DNA of 64,000 bases from Takakia lepidozioides. Taxonomy: Eukaryota; Plantae; Bryophyta. The notes under the pieces were generated by a model that had not been told where the DNA came from, searched no databases, and saw only the letters and a list, made by a program, of their open reading frames with translations. Position 1 is the first letter of the stretch. Each line of letters begins with the position of its first letter. Below are positions 40,569 to 52,253 of the stretch, one piece after another. The position numbers and the translations under genes are program-made. The stretch spans positions 37,572,001 to 37,636,000 of the forward strand of contig CM060731.1 in NCBI GenBank assembly GCA_030704615.1. The letters are read 5' to 3'.

Positions 40569-40903
40569 CTCCGCTCCCCTGTTCCCAATCGCTGCTCCTC
40601 TGTTCCCACATACATACCGCTCCCCTGTTCTCCTTGCTCCCCTGTGTTATTGCTCCGTCGCTCCCCTGTTACTGCTCCCCTGTTACTACTCCGGGCTCCC
40701 TTGTGCTATTGCTCCCCTGTTTTACTGCTTCGCCGCTCCAATAATAGGGGAGCGGAGGAGCGGGGAGCATGGGAGCGGCGGACCGGGTAGCAATAACAGG
40801 GGAGCGGAGAATAGGGGAGCAGAGGAGCGGGGAGCAATAATTGGGAGCGGAGGGGCGGGGAGCAGGGGAGCGGAAACAAGGGAGTGGCAGCAGGAACATG
40901 GAG
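40569..40903. repeat. Foldback array of GCTCCCCTGTT motifs
   Basis: The left half (40569-40739) carries repeated (C)GCTCCCCTGTT units. The right half (40745-40903) carries the reverse complement (A)AGGGGAGC(G). The centre is at about 40742. Confidence 0.8.
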
Positions 40904-41534
40904 CGTGGGACCCCCAGATGATGGGCATGAAGCATACACTAGGGAAGGGGGGGTGGGGACTTGGCCGCGGGCCCGCGGGGGCCTGTTAGATCCCGGTATC
41001 GATCGTACCAGCAAGCTTCGCTCGGGCGCGCCTTCAACTCCCATCCTATGACTAGTGTAAACCACTCTATATGAAAGATACATGAAGAAACCTTTTTTAA
41101 TGAATAGAGACACAACTGAATAAATCCCGTTGTTCCATACTCATGGTGAGGATGAAAACTTTAAATGTTACACTTTAACCCGTAAGGGCTCGCCATTGGG
41201 CAAATTTTCCAGAAAAGTAACCTATGGCGAGTTAATTTCGAGACAACTGTAAGACCATGGTTACATATGTAGCCTAATTTGCAGCCATTTGCCCACATTT
41301 GGTTTTCTAGCATGATGCAGACCACCCTGTACATTATAACCAGATTAATGTTGTTTATATGGGAGCTTTCGCTGCGTCTCACCTGGTGTTGGATACACTG
41401 GCTCTTGGCGGGTTCTCATGCAAGAGGAAATGGCCTCCATAGAATTTCATAGAATACGCCCTCAAGAAACGGTGGATGAACCAAGCAGCTACGACGTGTA
41501 ATGACTGCAGCAATATTTAAAAAAAAAAATCATT

Positions 41535-44466
41535 TCACCAGTACTCCCCACAAGAACAAACCCCATCTTGAAAGTGGTAGCTTGCATCCTGTACAACAAT
41601 TGCTTGGCAAACAATCTTTGAGATGAACTTGGTGGCAGAGTGGCAGTCACCACACACCCGAAGATTCTTGATGACACGGAGAGGCATCCCAGGATCCGTG
41701 CTAATCAATCCAAAAGCAATTGCCAGCTTTTCACTGTGGTAGCAAAGAGAAAATTCCTTTTGTGCCTCCTCCACATTGTGCAATACAAAGCGTGTGTCAG
41801 GCACATACCCTGCCTCCTTCATCTGCCCAGATAGTCTTCTTAGCTCAGCATGGATTTCCTCAATTTTTGGATGCAATTTGTCATCTGCAACGAAGGTGTG
41901 CACACTGTTGCCAATCTCAATGCAGCAGCGACCTGGCTCCTTTTTAACCCCTCTAATCGTCATTATCTTTCTCACTTTTGCAGAATCGTCCCACCTGCCA
42001 GCTGTGGCATAGATGTTTGATAGCAACACATAAGTTGCTGAGTCCTGTTGATCCCACTTGAGGACAGATGTTGCAGCACGTTCTGCCATCTCAACATTCC
42101 CTTGAATTCTGCAGGCACCAAGCAAGGCCTTCCACACCACAGCATCTCGTCTGATTGGCATTTTGTTAATGAAGTCCTCTGCCTCATCCAATCGCCCTGC
42201 ATGGCCTAGAAGATCCACCATACAGCCAAAGTGCTCTGCTGTAGGAGTAATGCCATGATATTGACTCAAGGAATCAAAGTAGTGTTTGCCTTCAAACACA
42301 AGGCCAACATGGCAAGATAGAACACATATAAAGGTGATATTGTCCAGCTTCAAGCCTTCCTTTTGCATTCCTTCAAATAGTTGCAGGGCCTCCTTTGGGC
42401 ATATCCTGCAATCATCACACTCCATGACACCACATCTCGTTCAGCCATGTTATCGAACACCTTCGCTGCATCCTTGATGCTCCCACATTTTGCATACATG
42501 TCGATGAGGGTGTTGTTCAGAATCATATTTGGTACAATTCCAGCTTTGATGATATTATCATGGACTTCTTTGCCCTTTCCGAGGGCTGCCAAGCTCGCAC
42601 TCGCACTGCAAATGCCGATGAATGTGACCTCGTCGGGCTTCACCCCTTCCTGCATCATCTGCTCATAGGTCTCCAAAGCATCCATCCCACACCCATACCG
42701 GGCATATCCTGCAATCATTGCATTCCAGGATACCACATCTCTTTCAGTCATATTGTCGAACACCTCCTTTGCATTATTGATGCTCCCACATTTGGCATAC
42801 ATGTCCAGGAGTGTATTGTTCAGAATTATATTTGGTACAATTCCAGCTTTCAAAATGTCAGCATGGATCTCGTCGCCCTTCTCCAGGGCTGCCAGGCTGG
42901 CACATGCATTGCAAATGCAAACAGATGTGACTTGGTTGGGTGTCACCCCTTCCCGCATCATTTGCTCATAGGTCTCCAAACTCTTCACCCCAAACCCTGT
43001 TGTGCATATCCTGCAATCATAGCATTACATGATACCACATTTCGTTCAGCCATATTGTCAAATTTTCCAATTGCATCATGGAGGCTCCCACATTTGGCAT
43101 ACATGTCCACGAGTGTAGTGCCCAAAATGATATTTGGTACAATTCCAGCTTTCATGATGTTGGCATGGACCTCTCTGCCCTTTTCCAGGGCAGCAAGGCC
43201 AGCACACGCATTGCAAATGCAGACGAACGTGAACTGGTTGGGCTTCACCCCTTCCTGCATCATTTGCTCATAGGTCTCCAAAGCATCCGTCCCATACCCA
43301 TGCTGGGCACATCCAGCAATCATTGCAGTCCAGGACACCACATCTCGTGCAGCCATATTGTCAAACACTTCCTTCGCATCTTTAATGCTCCCGCATTTGA
43401 CATACATGTCCACAAGTGCGGTGCCCAAGATGATATTTGGTACAATTCCAGCTTTCACAATATCAGCATGGACCTCCTTGCCCTTTTCCAGGGTTGCCAG
43501 GCTTGCACACGCATTGCAAATGCAAACAAACGTGACCTGATTGGGCTTCACCCCTTCCCGCACCATTTGCTCATAGGTCTCCAAAGCCTCCATCCCACAC
43601 CCATGCTGGGCATATCCTGCTATCATTGCACTCCAGGACACCACGTTTCGTTCGGCCATTCTGTTGAACACTTCCTTTGCATCCTTTATGCTACCGCATT
43701 TGGCATACATGTCCACTAGGGTATTGTTCAGGATCATATTTGGTACAATTCCAGCTTTCATGATGTCAGCATGGACCTCTTTGCCCTTTTCCTGGGCTGC
43801 CAGGCTCGCACACGCATTGCAACACAAATGAATGTGACCTGGTTGGGCTTCAGCCCTTCCATTTTGTCGTATGTCTTCAAGGCATTCTTAGAACACCCAT
43901 GCTTGGTAAACCCTGCAATCATTATATTCCATGTGATCAAACCTCGCTCAGGCATGTTGTCGAACACTTGGTGTGCATCCATGGTGCTCCCGCATTTGAC
44001 ATACATGTTGAGAAGGGTGTTGTGTAGAAACACGTTTGGTTTGAATCCACTATGGATCGTATGAGCATGCACCTGCTTTCCTGCTGCCAGGCCTTTCATA
44101 TGGATGCACTTATGCAAGAGATAAACATACGTATCTGAGTCTGCTGAAACGCTTCCTTGGTTCAAAACTTGCAGAGCCTCTTTCAGCTGCCCTGCCTCAC
44201 ATAGTGTCCTCAAAGAGATCTTGTGGACGCCCCCTCTTGGTTCTCTTTCTGAAGTGATCGTCAAGGTGGAGATGCCTGCTTTTACCAGCTGTGCTGCCGC
44301 TGCTGTTTCCAGTTGACCATGCAGGTTTCTTGTAGCTATCAATCCACAGTGGCTCATTCGTAGTCAGGTGCTTGAAATCCGGCCATCTCGGATGCATCTG
44401 GACCACATTCTGTCCCCTGCCTCCTTCAGCTATCACTGCCTTGGCAACAAATAATGCATAGATCAT
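41535..44466 (-). pseudogene. PLS-class PPR-E-DYW RNA-editing factor, frameshifted
   Basis: P-L-S triplets (VVSW.AMIAGYA...; PNQVTFVCICNACASL...; LGTALVDMYAKCGSI..A..VFD.M), E domains, PG box KKEPG, and a DYW domain with HSEKLA...CGDCH...CSCGEYW*. Frameshifts at about 44232, 43822, 42990 and 42392, plus in-frame deletions (VLS-CH, QDASY-HF). Confidence 0.9.
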
Positions 44467-44932
44467 CTGCCTCCTTAAGTTTATCTGGCATACAACCCAA
44501 CCCTACTTACTACACACTAGTTCCTACACTGAATTGCTGACCAGACTTTAAGAATCTGATGGGGAGAGAGGGAGGATGGCAATTTGCAAGAAAGCTTTCC
44601 AGTGTATCTTCGTCTGCCTCTTCGGTAAGATAACAGACATTCACCTTTCTGCCTTGATTATCCTACCATTTACTGGGGATTACTTCCAAAGCTTCTCCTT
44701 GTCAGTGAAGAGCTAACTAAGTAAACTCAACATGACGATTTAGGGATGAATCTGATAAGAGGACAGAAAAAGCTAAATGTGAGGGAGAAGGAGGTGACCT
44801 GATCACATTCTCTTTGGATTTGTGTCATGAAGGCAGCTAGCTTCTCTTTCACCCAAGGAGGATTCACCCAACCCTTCATCCAAAGGAGCTCTTGAGTGTG
44901 CTGCTTATGCATCTGTAGTCCAGTAAGCTTGG

Positions 44933-46210
44933 CTGCACTTTTCCATCCAGATCTTCGGGAAGCCACTTCGCAGGCCAGCAAACAATCTCATCACCGCGTT
45001 GAACCCAACTGTCTTTCCAAGCTTCCAATCCGAAGTTGCCAAATTGCAGGCCATGAAAGACCACCACATCCAGGTTTGTCTCGTACGCCTCACCGTCGGG
45101 CGGCCATAACTGATGAATCTGCGGTTTGAATTCCATGAAAGGTGAAGACAAGTACACAACAAGTAAGCACCTCCAGATTAAGACATCACATCTCCCTGGA
45201 CAGAAGGTTGAAACCGCCTTGGCACAGGGGGAGCTGAAAGTCTTTGGGTTGAGACGGCCTGACAACTCTCCTGCCGCGAGGAGAAAGTCTCTGAACATTG
45301 TAGACTGGGTACTTGCACTCGATTTTGGGCAGTCTAACGTGTATCTATGGGCAGACCTAGACCTCCTAGAGAAGTCAATGGAAGAGAATGAACCAACTTT
45401 GCTAAGGTGACGAAGGAAATGAACAGCTTCAATGGCGCCGGCAAATTTGTCTCTAAGAAACTGTCCAAGATCGTACTTTCCAATCCTATACTCCCGTCAA
45501 GAATACATTCTCGGACAGCATTTTGGAGATGAAGCGGTTGATCTACTCCTGAAAATAGTAACATGGAAGTTGACAGGGCTCTGCATTCTGACATGCTGCC
45601 TATTTGTATTATACCCACTATGGTTTACAATCAACATAAAAGTGTGAACGTAGTTACTATTCACCACGAAGCCGGTGCTCACCATCGTGAGGGAGATACT
45701 CTGCACACAGCTACAGTTTGTGCTTTCTTCAGTCCAGAGCTGCTACTGCGTCAGTTGTAATTCAGAGCTCGCTTGCGTGAATCACGCAGGAAAAATCTGT
45801 AGTGAGATGCAGTTCTCCTTCCTTTCTTTGGGAACGCTTAGTGTGGCCTCCACCGTCTGCGGAGAGAGACTGATACTGCAGCGTGAGGACCGCCTGTGTG
45901 CCTTGCTTGCGCTGGGGACAACAGGATGTTTCCTCTTGTTCGATTTGGTTTTCGAGCACGTTATAAAGTTTCAATTCATTGCTTGATGCATCATTTGTTA
46001 AGAGCTTGAAAACAGAGGCAGGACCCACACTTCGCCTGGGCAGGATGTAAAGTCTTCGGCCACATTCAATCGTGGCTGACGCTCATCACGCTCATCGTAC
46101 ATACTCGATGTTCTCTCTCTCGCGAATGCATGCACCATGCTGGGTCTTGCACATGCAAACGCATCTTTCATGCTTTTGAGGGTTTGGTCGACTTGCGACC
46201 CTCTCAACTA
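44933..46210 (-). pseudogene. HNL copy C: upstream region plus truncated hydrolase exon 1
   Basis: MEFKPQIHQLWPPDGEAYETNLDVVVFHGLQ...WKDSWVQR...CWPAKWLPEDLDGKV breaks off at about 44933. Region 45410-46210 is homologous to 52470-53165. Confidence 0.8.
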
Positions 46211-46261
46211 GCTTTGCCCATACAGTCTGCTAACTCCTCAAAGTCCCGAGCATATAAGCGC

Positions 46262-48507
46262 AATGTCTTCACTAATGGTTTATTTTTAGCCCAACATCTT
46301 TGGATGTGGGGCCTGATGTGGCATCGCACTCCGACATTCTTGGACTAAAATGTGTGGTTCAGCAAAGAAGGAGGGGGATCACTCACTTCCTGGTCTTGGA
46401 TTAGCTGAAGGAGTTCAAGAAGCTTTTGGTAGCTCACATGCGTCTGGTTGGTTCGCCTACAAACTTCCATATGGTCTGCATTATACCTGGAACTAGCACT
46501 TGATTCTTTTAGTTTCTCATCAGTGGCCAATACAACTACAGCCTTGGCATGGCAATTGCAGCATTCAGGTTACAGCGATCGAACGACACAAATGCTGAAC
46601 TGTAGCTCTCTAACCTCTCTGCAGTACCTTCCGTGCTCCTTGCTCTCTCCAAGTGTAGGATCTGATGTGTGTGTACATACATAACCTATTCTCCACACAA
46701 ATTGACATCAAGTCACTCAATTTAGCTACCTCCTCAATCAATTCAAGGACTCTCATTCCTTCCCCCATTACCTGACAATTTGGTGACTTTACCTTGCCCG
46801 TGGGCTTGCCCTCTGTAAAAGCATAGACATTGAGTGAGTTGCCCACAACTTCTTCGTACCTAGTCTATTGAGAGCTCCTCCATTTTTATCTCGAAGGGTT
46901 GGATATTTTTCATTATCCCACTAAGCTGTGCGTCCCCGAAATTTTTGCAGCATTTCTTGATATAAGTCTCCATATTTGTACTTTCCGCATGTGGGACAGC
47001 ATAAAATACAATACCCTGCAGTTTTACGAGGAAAGTTGCAGCAGAGTTGCAGCAGAGTTGCAGGCTTTGGGGCCTGAGAGCTTCTTTTGTGAGCCTCCAC
47101 AATCAAACTCTTGATGCCCCGAAAGGAACCATCGGTTTCGTTTGCCATCATTCCATCTCCCGCTGCAAATTGCATAGTGTGAGATTGTGCTGAACACCAC
47201 TGCATAAAATGGGACACCCGAAGGTATGCATACGACAGTAAATCATCCGGTCCTTCTTATGATAGAGGATCCCATAGATTTCCATATCTGGAGGTGATTG
47301 GAAAAGAAAAGAAAGTCTAGGCGCATTTTACATAACTAGTGATGCTCCACATCAAGCTTAGACCTTTATTTCGAGCCCCACAAATAAAAGTTATCTTTGT
47401 TTTTTACACACATAAGCTTGATATGTGTACTCTGATTAGAAGCTGGGTGCCAAGGCCATGTGAGTCCGTACAATCACTTGAATTTGGAAAACAACTCGTT
47501 GCCCTCGAAGCAATGCACTCAAAACTGGTCATCAACGATGGCTGATGTCTCTTACATGTACACCCCACAGCTTTAATGAGGGGAGCTGGATGTTTAGAGA
47601 AAGAGACGGACTACCTCTTTACAAAACTCTCTAGAAGGTTTCTGCCCAATGTCGCTCTCGTCTTCGTTGTTTCCTCCCTCTGGGCCCATGTGAGAGAGAA
47701 AGCACTCGCACTTTTCTGTCCAGATCTTCATGAAGCCACTTTGCTGGCCAGCGAACAGTCTCGTCACCACGTTGGACCCAAGTGTCTTTCCAAGCTTCCA
47801 GTCCTAAGTTGCCGAATTCCAGGCCATGAAACACCGCATCGAGGTTTGTCTCGCAAGCCTCACCATCGGGCGGCCATAACTGATGAATCTGCGGTTTGCA
47901 TTCCATGAAAGGTGAAGACCATTACACAACTGAATCTATTCAACCCACAACAAGACCTCAGCGCGTCACATAGTACGTCGACACTATCGCATTCGCTTTT
48001 AAGCACCTCCAGCTTAAGACATTAGTCTACCTGGACATAAGGTTGAAACCTCCATGACACAGGGGAGCTGAAAGTTTGAGACGGCCTGACAACTCTCCTG
48101 GCACGAGGAGAAAGTCTGTGAACATTGTAGACTGGGCACTTGCACTCGTTTCTTTGGCAGTCTAACAAGTAGAACAGCTGCAATGGCGCCGGCAAATTTG
48201 TCTCTAACAACTGTCCAAGATCGTACTTTCCAACCCCATACTCCTGTCAAGAATACATTCTCGGACAGCATTTTGGAGATGAAGCGGTTGATCTCTCCTG
48301 ACAACAGTAACATAGTTGACAAGGCTCTGCTTTCTTACATGCTGCAACAGTAACATAGTTTACAATCAACATACAAAGTGTGAACGTAGTTACTATTCAC
48401 CACGAAGCCGGTGCTCACCATCGTGCGGGAGATACTCTGCACACAGCTACAGTTTGTGTCTTCAGTCCAGAGCTGCTACTGCCTCAGCTGTAATTCAGAG
48501 CTCGCTG
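46262..48507 (-). pseudogene. HNL copy B: hydrolase exons 1-3, lacking NB-ARC/LRR
   Basis: Exon 1 starts MECKPQIHQLWPP at 47906. Exon 2 has GIVFYAVPHA...NVYAFTEGKPT. Exon 3 ends ADHMEVCR...SYQKLLELLQLIQDQE|GTGAGT. The copy ends within the following intron and has multiple deletions. Confidence 0.85.
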
Positions 48508-48639
48508 AACCAGAGATCACACAAACAGATTATATATGGGACAAAACATCATCATTGGATGAATGGTGGTGCTGACAGTGCTGGATGTGTCGGAGTTTGG
48601 CAAAACTAAACCGATTGGCCGGCCTCTGTGGTTCCACGT

Positions 48640-51600
48640 CACCTCACGATTTGCAGCCCTCAAGTTCCCTCATGAATGCGGCTCCCCAGAGGTGGAGCTC
48701 TTGTAATTGTGTGAGGCAGCAGATGGACGCTTGCGTAGCTGACCACACAAATTCAAGTTGAGCTCTCGTCTCAGGCTGCTCCATAAGGGTGCAACAATCC
48801 TCTAGGTTGAGCTCTTGTAATCGTGTGAGGCAACAGATCGACTCGGGCAGCTTGCGTAACAGAATACATGAATTCAAATCGAGCACTCGCAGTCTCCCAA
48901 GTCCCCGAAAGGCTCGGCAGCTCCATAAGGGTCCAACAACCCCCTAGGTTGAGCTCTTGTAATTGTGTGAGGCGGCAGATCGACTCAAGCAGCTTGCGCA
49001 ACAGAGTACAGGAATGCAAGTTGAGCACTCGCAGTCTCTCAAGTTCCCCGAAAACGCTCGGGTAGCTCCATAAGGCCCCAACAATCCCCTAGGTTGAGCT
49101 TTTGTAATTGTGTGAGGCAGCAGATTGACTGCTTGCGTAGTAGCTCACCACACGAATTCAAGTTGAGGACTCGCAGTCTCTCAAGTTCTCCGAGCTCGAG
49201 CTGCTCCATAAGGGCCCAACAACCCTAGGTTGAACTCTTGTAATTGTGTGAGGCAGCAGATCGACTTGGGCAACTTGCGTAGCTGACCACACAACTTCAA
49301 GTCGAGCACTCGCAGTCTCTCAAGTTGCCCGATACGCTCGGGCAGCTCCATAAGGGCCCAACAATGCCCTAAGTGGAGCTCTTGTAATTGTGTGAGGCAA
49401 CAGATTGACTTGGGCAGCTTGCGTAGCTGACCACACGAATTCAAGGTGAGCACCGGCGGTCTCTCAAGTTCCCCGAAACATTCAGGCAGCTCCATAAGGG
49501 TCCGAAGATCCCCTAGCTTGAGCTTTTGTAATTGTGTGAGGCAGCAGATCGACTCAGGCAGCTTGCATAGCCGACCACACGACTTCAAGTCGAGCGCTCG
49601 CAGTCTCTCAAGTTCCCCGAAACGCTCGGGCAGCTCCATAAGGGCCCAACAATGCCCTAGCTTGAGCTTTTGACTCGGGCAGCTTGCGTAGCTGACGACA
49701 CCGTCGCAAGTTGAGCACTCGCAATCTCTCAAGTTCCCCAATACGCTCGGGCAGCTCCCGAAGCCCCTCACAAATACTTAGGTTGAGCACTTGTAATAGT
49801 GTGAGGCGGCAGATTGATTGCGGTAGTTTTTTCAAAGCTGTGCACCAACGTAGGTGTAGCTCCACTAAAGATGTGAGATCCCCAATGCAATCTGGTAGTC
49901 TGCGCAATGACGGACTACACTTCAAACTTCCGTTTTCGCTCTCCTCCGTATACAGAAGCGTGCATGCCAAAAAGAGCCAGGGCTTGCTCTGGGCTGAGTT
50001 CCTCTACGTCATACTTCCCATCACCCCCCACGTATCTTTCTAGAACCCGCCAGTTCCGGCCCGTCACAATTACCTTACTACCTGTCTTCAACTGCTTACT
50101 TAGACCCAAAGCAACCATTTGGTCCTCAGTGCCAACATCGTCCAAAACTAAGAGCACTTTCTTATCCTTCAGACACTCCTCTATGTGAGTCTGAAGTTGT
50201 TTCACATTTTGTATGTTAGATTGATCCATATTGTTGCCTGTGTCCCGTAATAACTGTTTTTGTATGTCCCGAATCTCACTTGATCTAATGTCCGGCAGGA
50301 AGCTGCATGCATCGAAATCCATATCAGCAAGCATACGGTAGACAGCCGTTGCCAATGTTGTCTTGCCAATTCCGCCCATCCCAACCATACCAATCGTAGC
50401 AACCCCTTCGAGGGCGCTTCACGTTGTAGACATGTTCTGAGAGCCCGACCAAATGTATCGGGAGTTCGGGAATCCAGATCTGCACAAAGAAACATATGTG
50501 TGAAAAAGAGAATAAGGTCTTTGCTAATGGTCAATTTTTTTAGCCAAACAACTTTGGACGTGAGGCCAAATGTGGTATCACACTCTGACACTCTTGGAGT
50601 AAAATATGTAGTTCCTCAAAGGAGGGGGGACCACTCACTTCCTAGTGTTGGATAAGCTGAAGGAGTTCAAGAAGCTTCTGGTAGCTCACATCCGTCTGGC
50701 TGGTTGGCCTACAAACTTCCATATGGTCTGCGTGTTCAACTTAGTAGTGGTTGTTGCGTGAGTGTCTTATTGCAGAGGCATGCTCCACCAAAATCTCCTG
50801 CCAAATCCAAGCCCATTACACCTCAAATTAGCGCTTGATTTTTCTAGTTTTTAAGTGGGCAATACAACACATCAGCCTTGACATGGCAATTGTAGCATTC
50901 AGGACAAATCGAATGGCACTAATGCTGATCCGTAGCTCTCTAACCTCAATGCAGTACCTTCCTTGCTCCTTGCTCTCTCCAAGTGTATAATCTGATGTGT
51001 ATATATACATATGCCTACTCTCCACGCAAATCAGTGTCGCGTTACCTTGTCAAATCATTCTAGGACTCTCCGTCCTTTCCACATGACCTGAAAAAACTGT
51101 TCCTTTTACCTTGCCTGTGGGCTTGCTTTCTGTAAAAGCATAGACGTTGAGGGAGCCGCCCACAACTTCTTCGTAGTCTATTGAGAGCTCCTCCATTTTT
51201 CGCTGGAAGAGTTTGATATTTCTCATTATCCTGCTGAGCTGTGGAGCCCGGAAAATGTTGGAGCATTTCTTGATATAAGTCTCCATATTTGTACTTCCCG
51301 CATGTGGGACAGCATAAAATACAATACCCTGCAGTTTTCTGAGGAAAACCTGTGTAGAGTGACAGGCTTTTCTGTCCAGAGCATTTATTGGGGGGTGACA
51401 CTTTCTTATGTGAGCCTCCACAATCAAACTCTTGATGACAAGACCCCCAAAGTTATGGCCAACCAGGGTTTTGTTTGCCATCCTTCCATCTCCCACTGCA
51501 AAATTGCATAGTGTGAGATTGTGCTGAACACCGCTGCAAAACATGGGACAATCGAAGGTATGCATATGACAAGATATCATTCGGTCCTTCTTATGACTGG

Positions 51601-52253
51601 GATCCCAGATCCATCTCTGGAGCTGATAGCAAAAGACAAGAAGGTCTATGTGCTAGAGATGCTCCACATCACTTAAATCTTTATTTCGAGCCCCACAAAT
51701 ATAAGTTATCCTTGTTTTTGACACACACAAGCCTGATATTACTCTGAAGCTGGGGGCCAAGGCCATGTGAGTCCATAAAATCCTCAGTAAAATTCACTTG
51801 AACTGCAACTTGGAAAACAGCACTCATTGCCCTCTAAGCAATGCACTTAAAGGTGGGGATCAACGATGGCTGATGACTTCTACATGTACACCCACAGCTT
51901 CAACGAGGGGAGCTGGCTATTTAGAGAAAGACGCAGACTGCCTGTTCACAAAACTCTCTAGAAGGTTCTTGCCAATGTCGCTCACGTCTTCGTTGTTTCC
52001 TCCCTCCGGGCCCATGTGCGCTGCTGCATCATATGAGAGAGAAAGCACTCGCACTTTCCTATCCAGATCTTCGGGAAGCCACTTCGCAGGCCAGAAACAG
52101 TCTCATCAATCACGTTGGACCCAAGTGTCTTTCCAAGCTTCCAATCCGAAGTTGCCGAATTGCAGGCCATGAAAGAACACCACATCCAGATTTGTCTCGT
52201 ACGCATCACCGTCGGGCGGCCATAACTGATGAATCTGCGGTTCGCATTCCATG
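48640..52253 (-). pseudogene. HNL copy A: alpha/beta-hydrolase (SERAC1/PGAP1-like)-NB-ARC-LRR immune receptor, disrupted
   Basis: Hydrolase motifs DVVFFHGLQ, WLPED, VLSLSYD, LVGHNFGGLVIKSL, GIVFYAVPHAGS and DHMEVCRP. The NB-ARC exon starts at 50479 with P-loop GMGGIGKTTLA, kinase-2 VLLVLDDV, RNBS-B GSKVIVTGR and RNBS-C VEELSPEQALALF. The 24-aa LRRs (LxxLxLxxCxxLxxLP) span 49920-48640. Stops and frameshifts are present. Confidence 0.88.

Noticed and set aside
40497-41113. Pro/Leu-rich ORFs
   Set aside because: They are by-products of the GCTCCCCTG foldback array.
42381-44064. Long + strand ORFs over the PPR gene
   Set aside because: They are antisense shadows of the repetitive PPR coding strand.
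44460-45140. In-frame hydrolase-PPR-DYW fusion protein
   Set aside because: The hydrolase frame hits a stop at 44876, before the candidate donor, and the PPR is itself frameshifted. Only the juxtaposition is reported.
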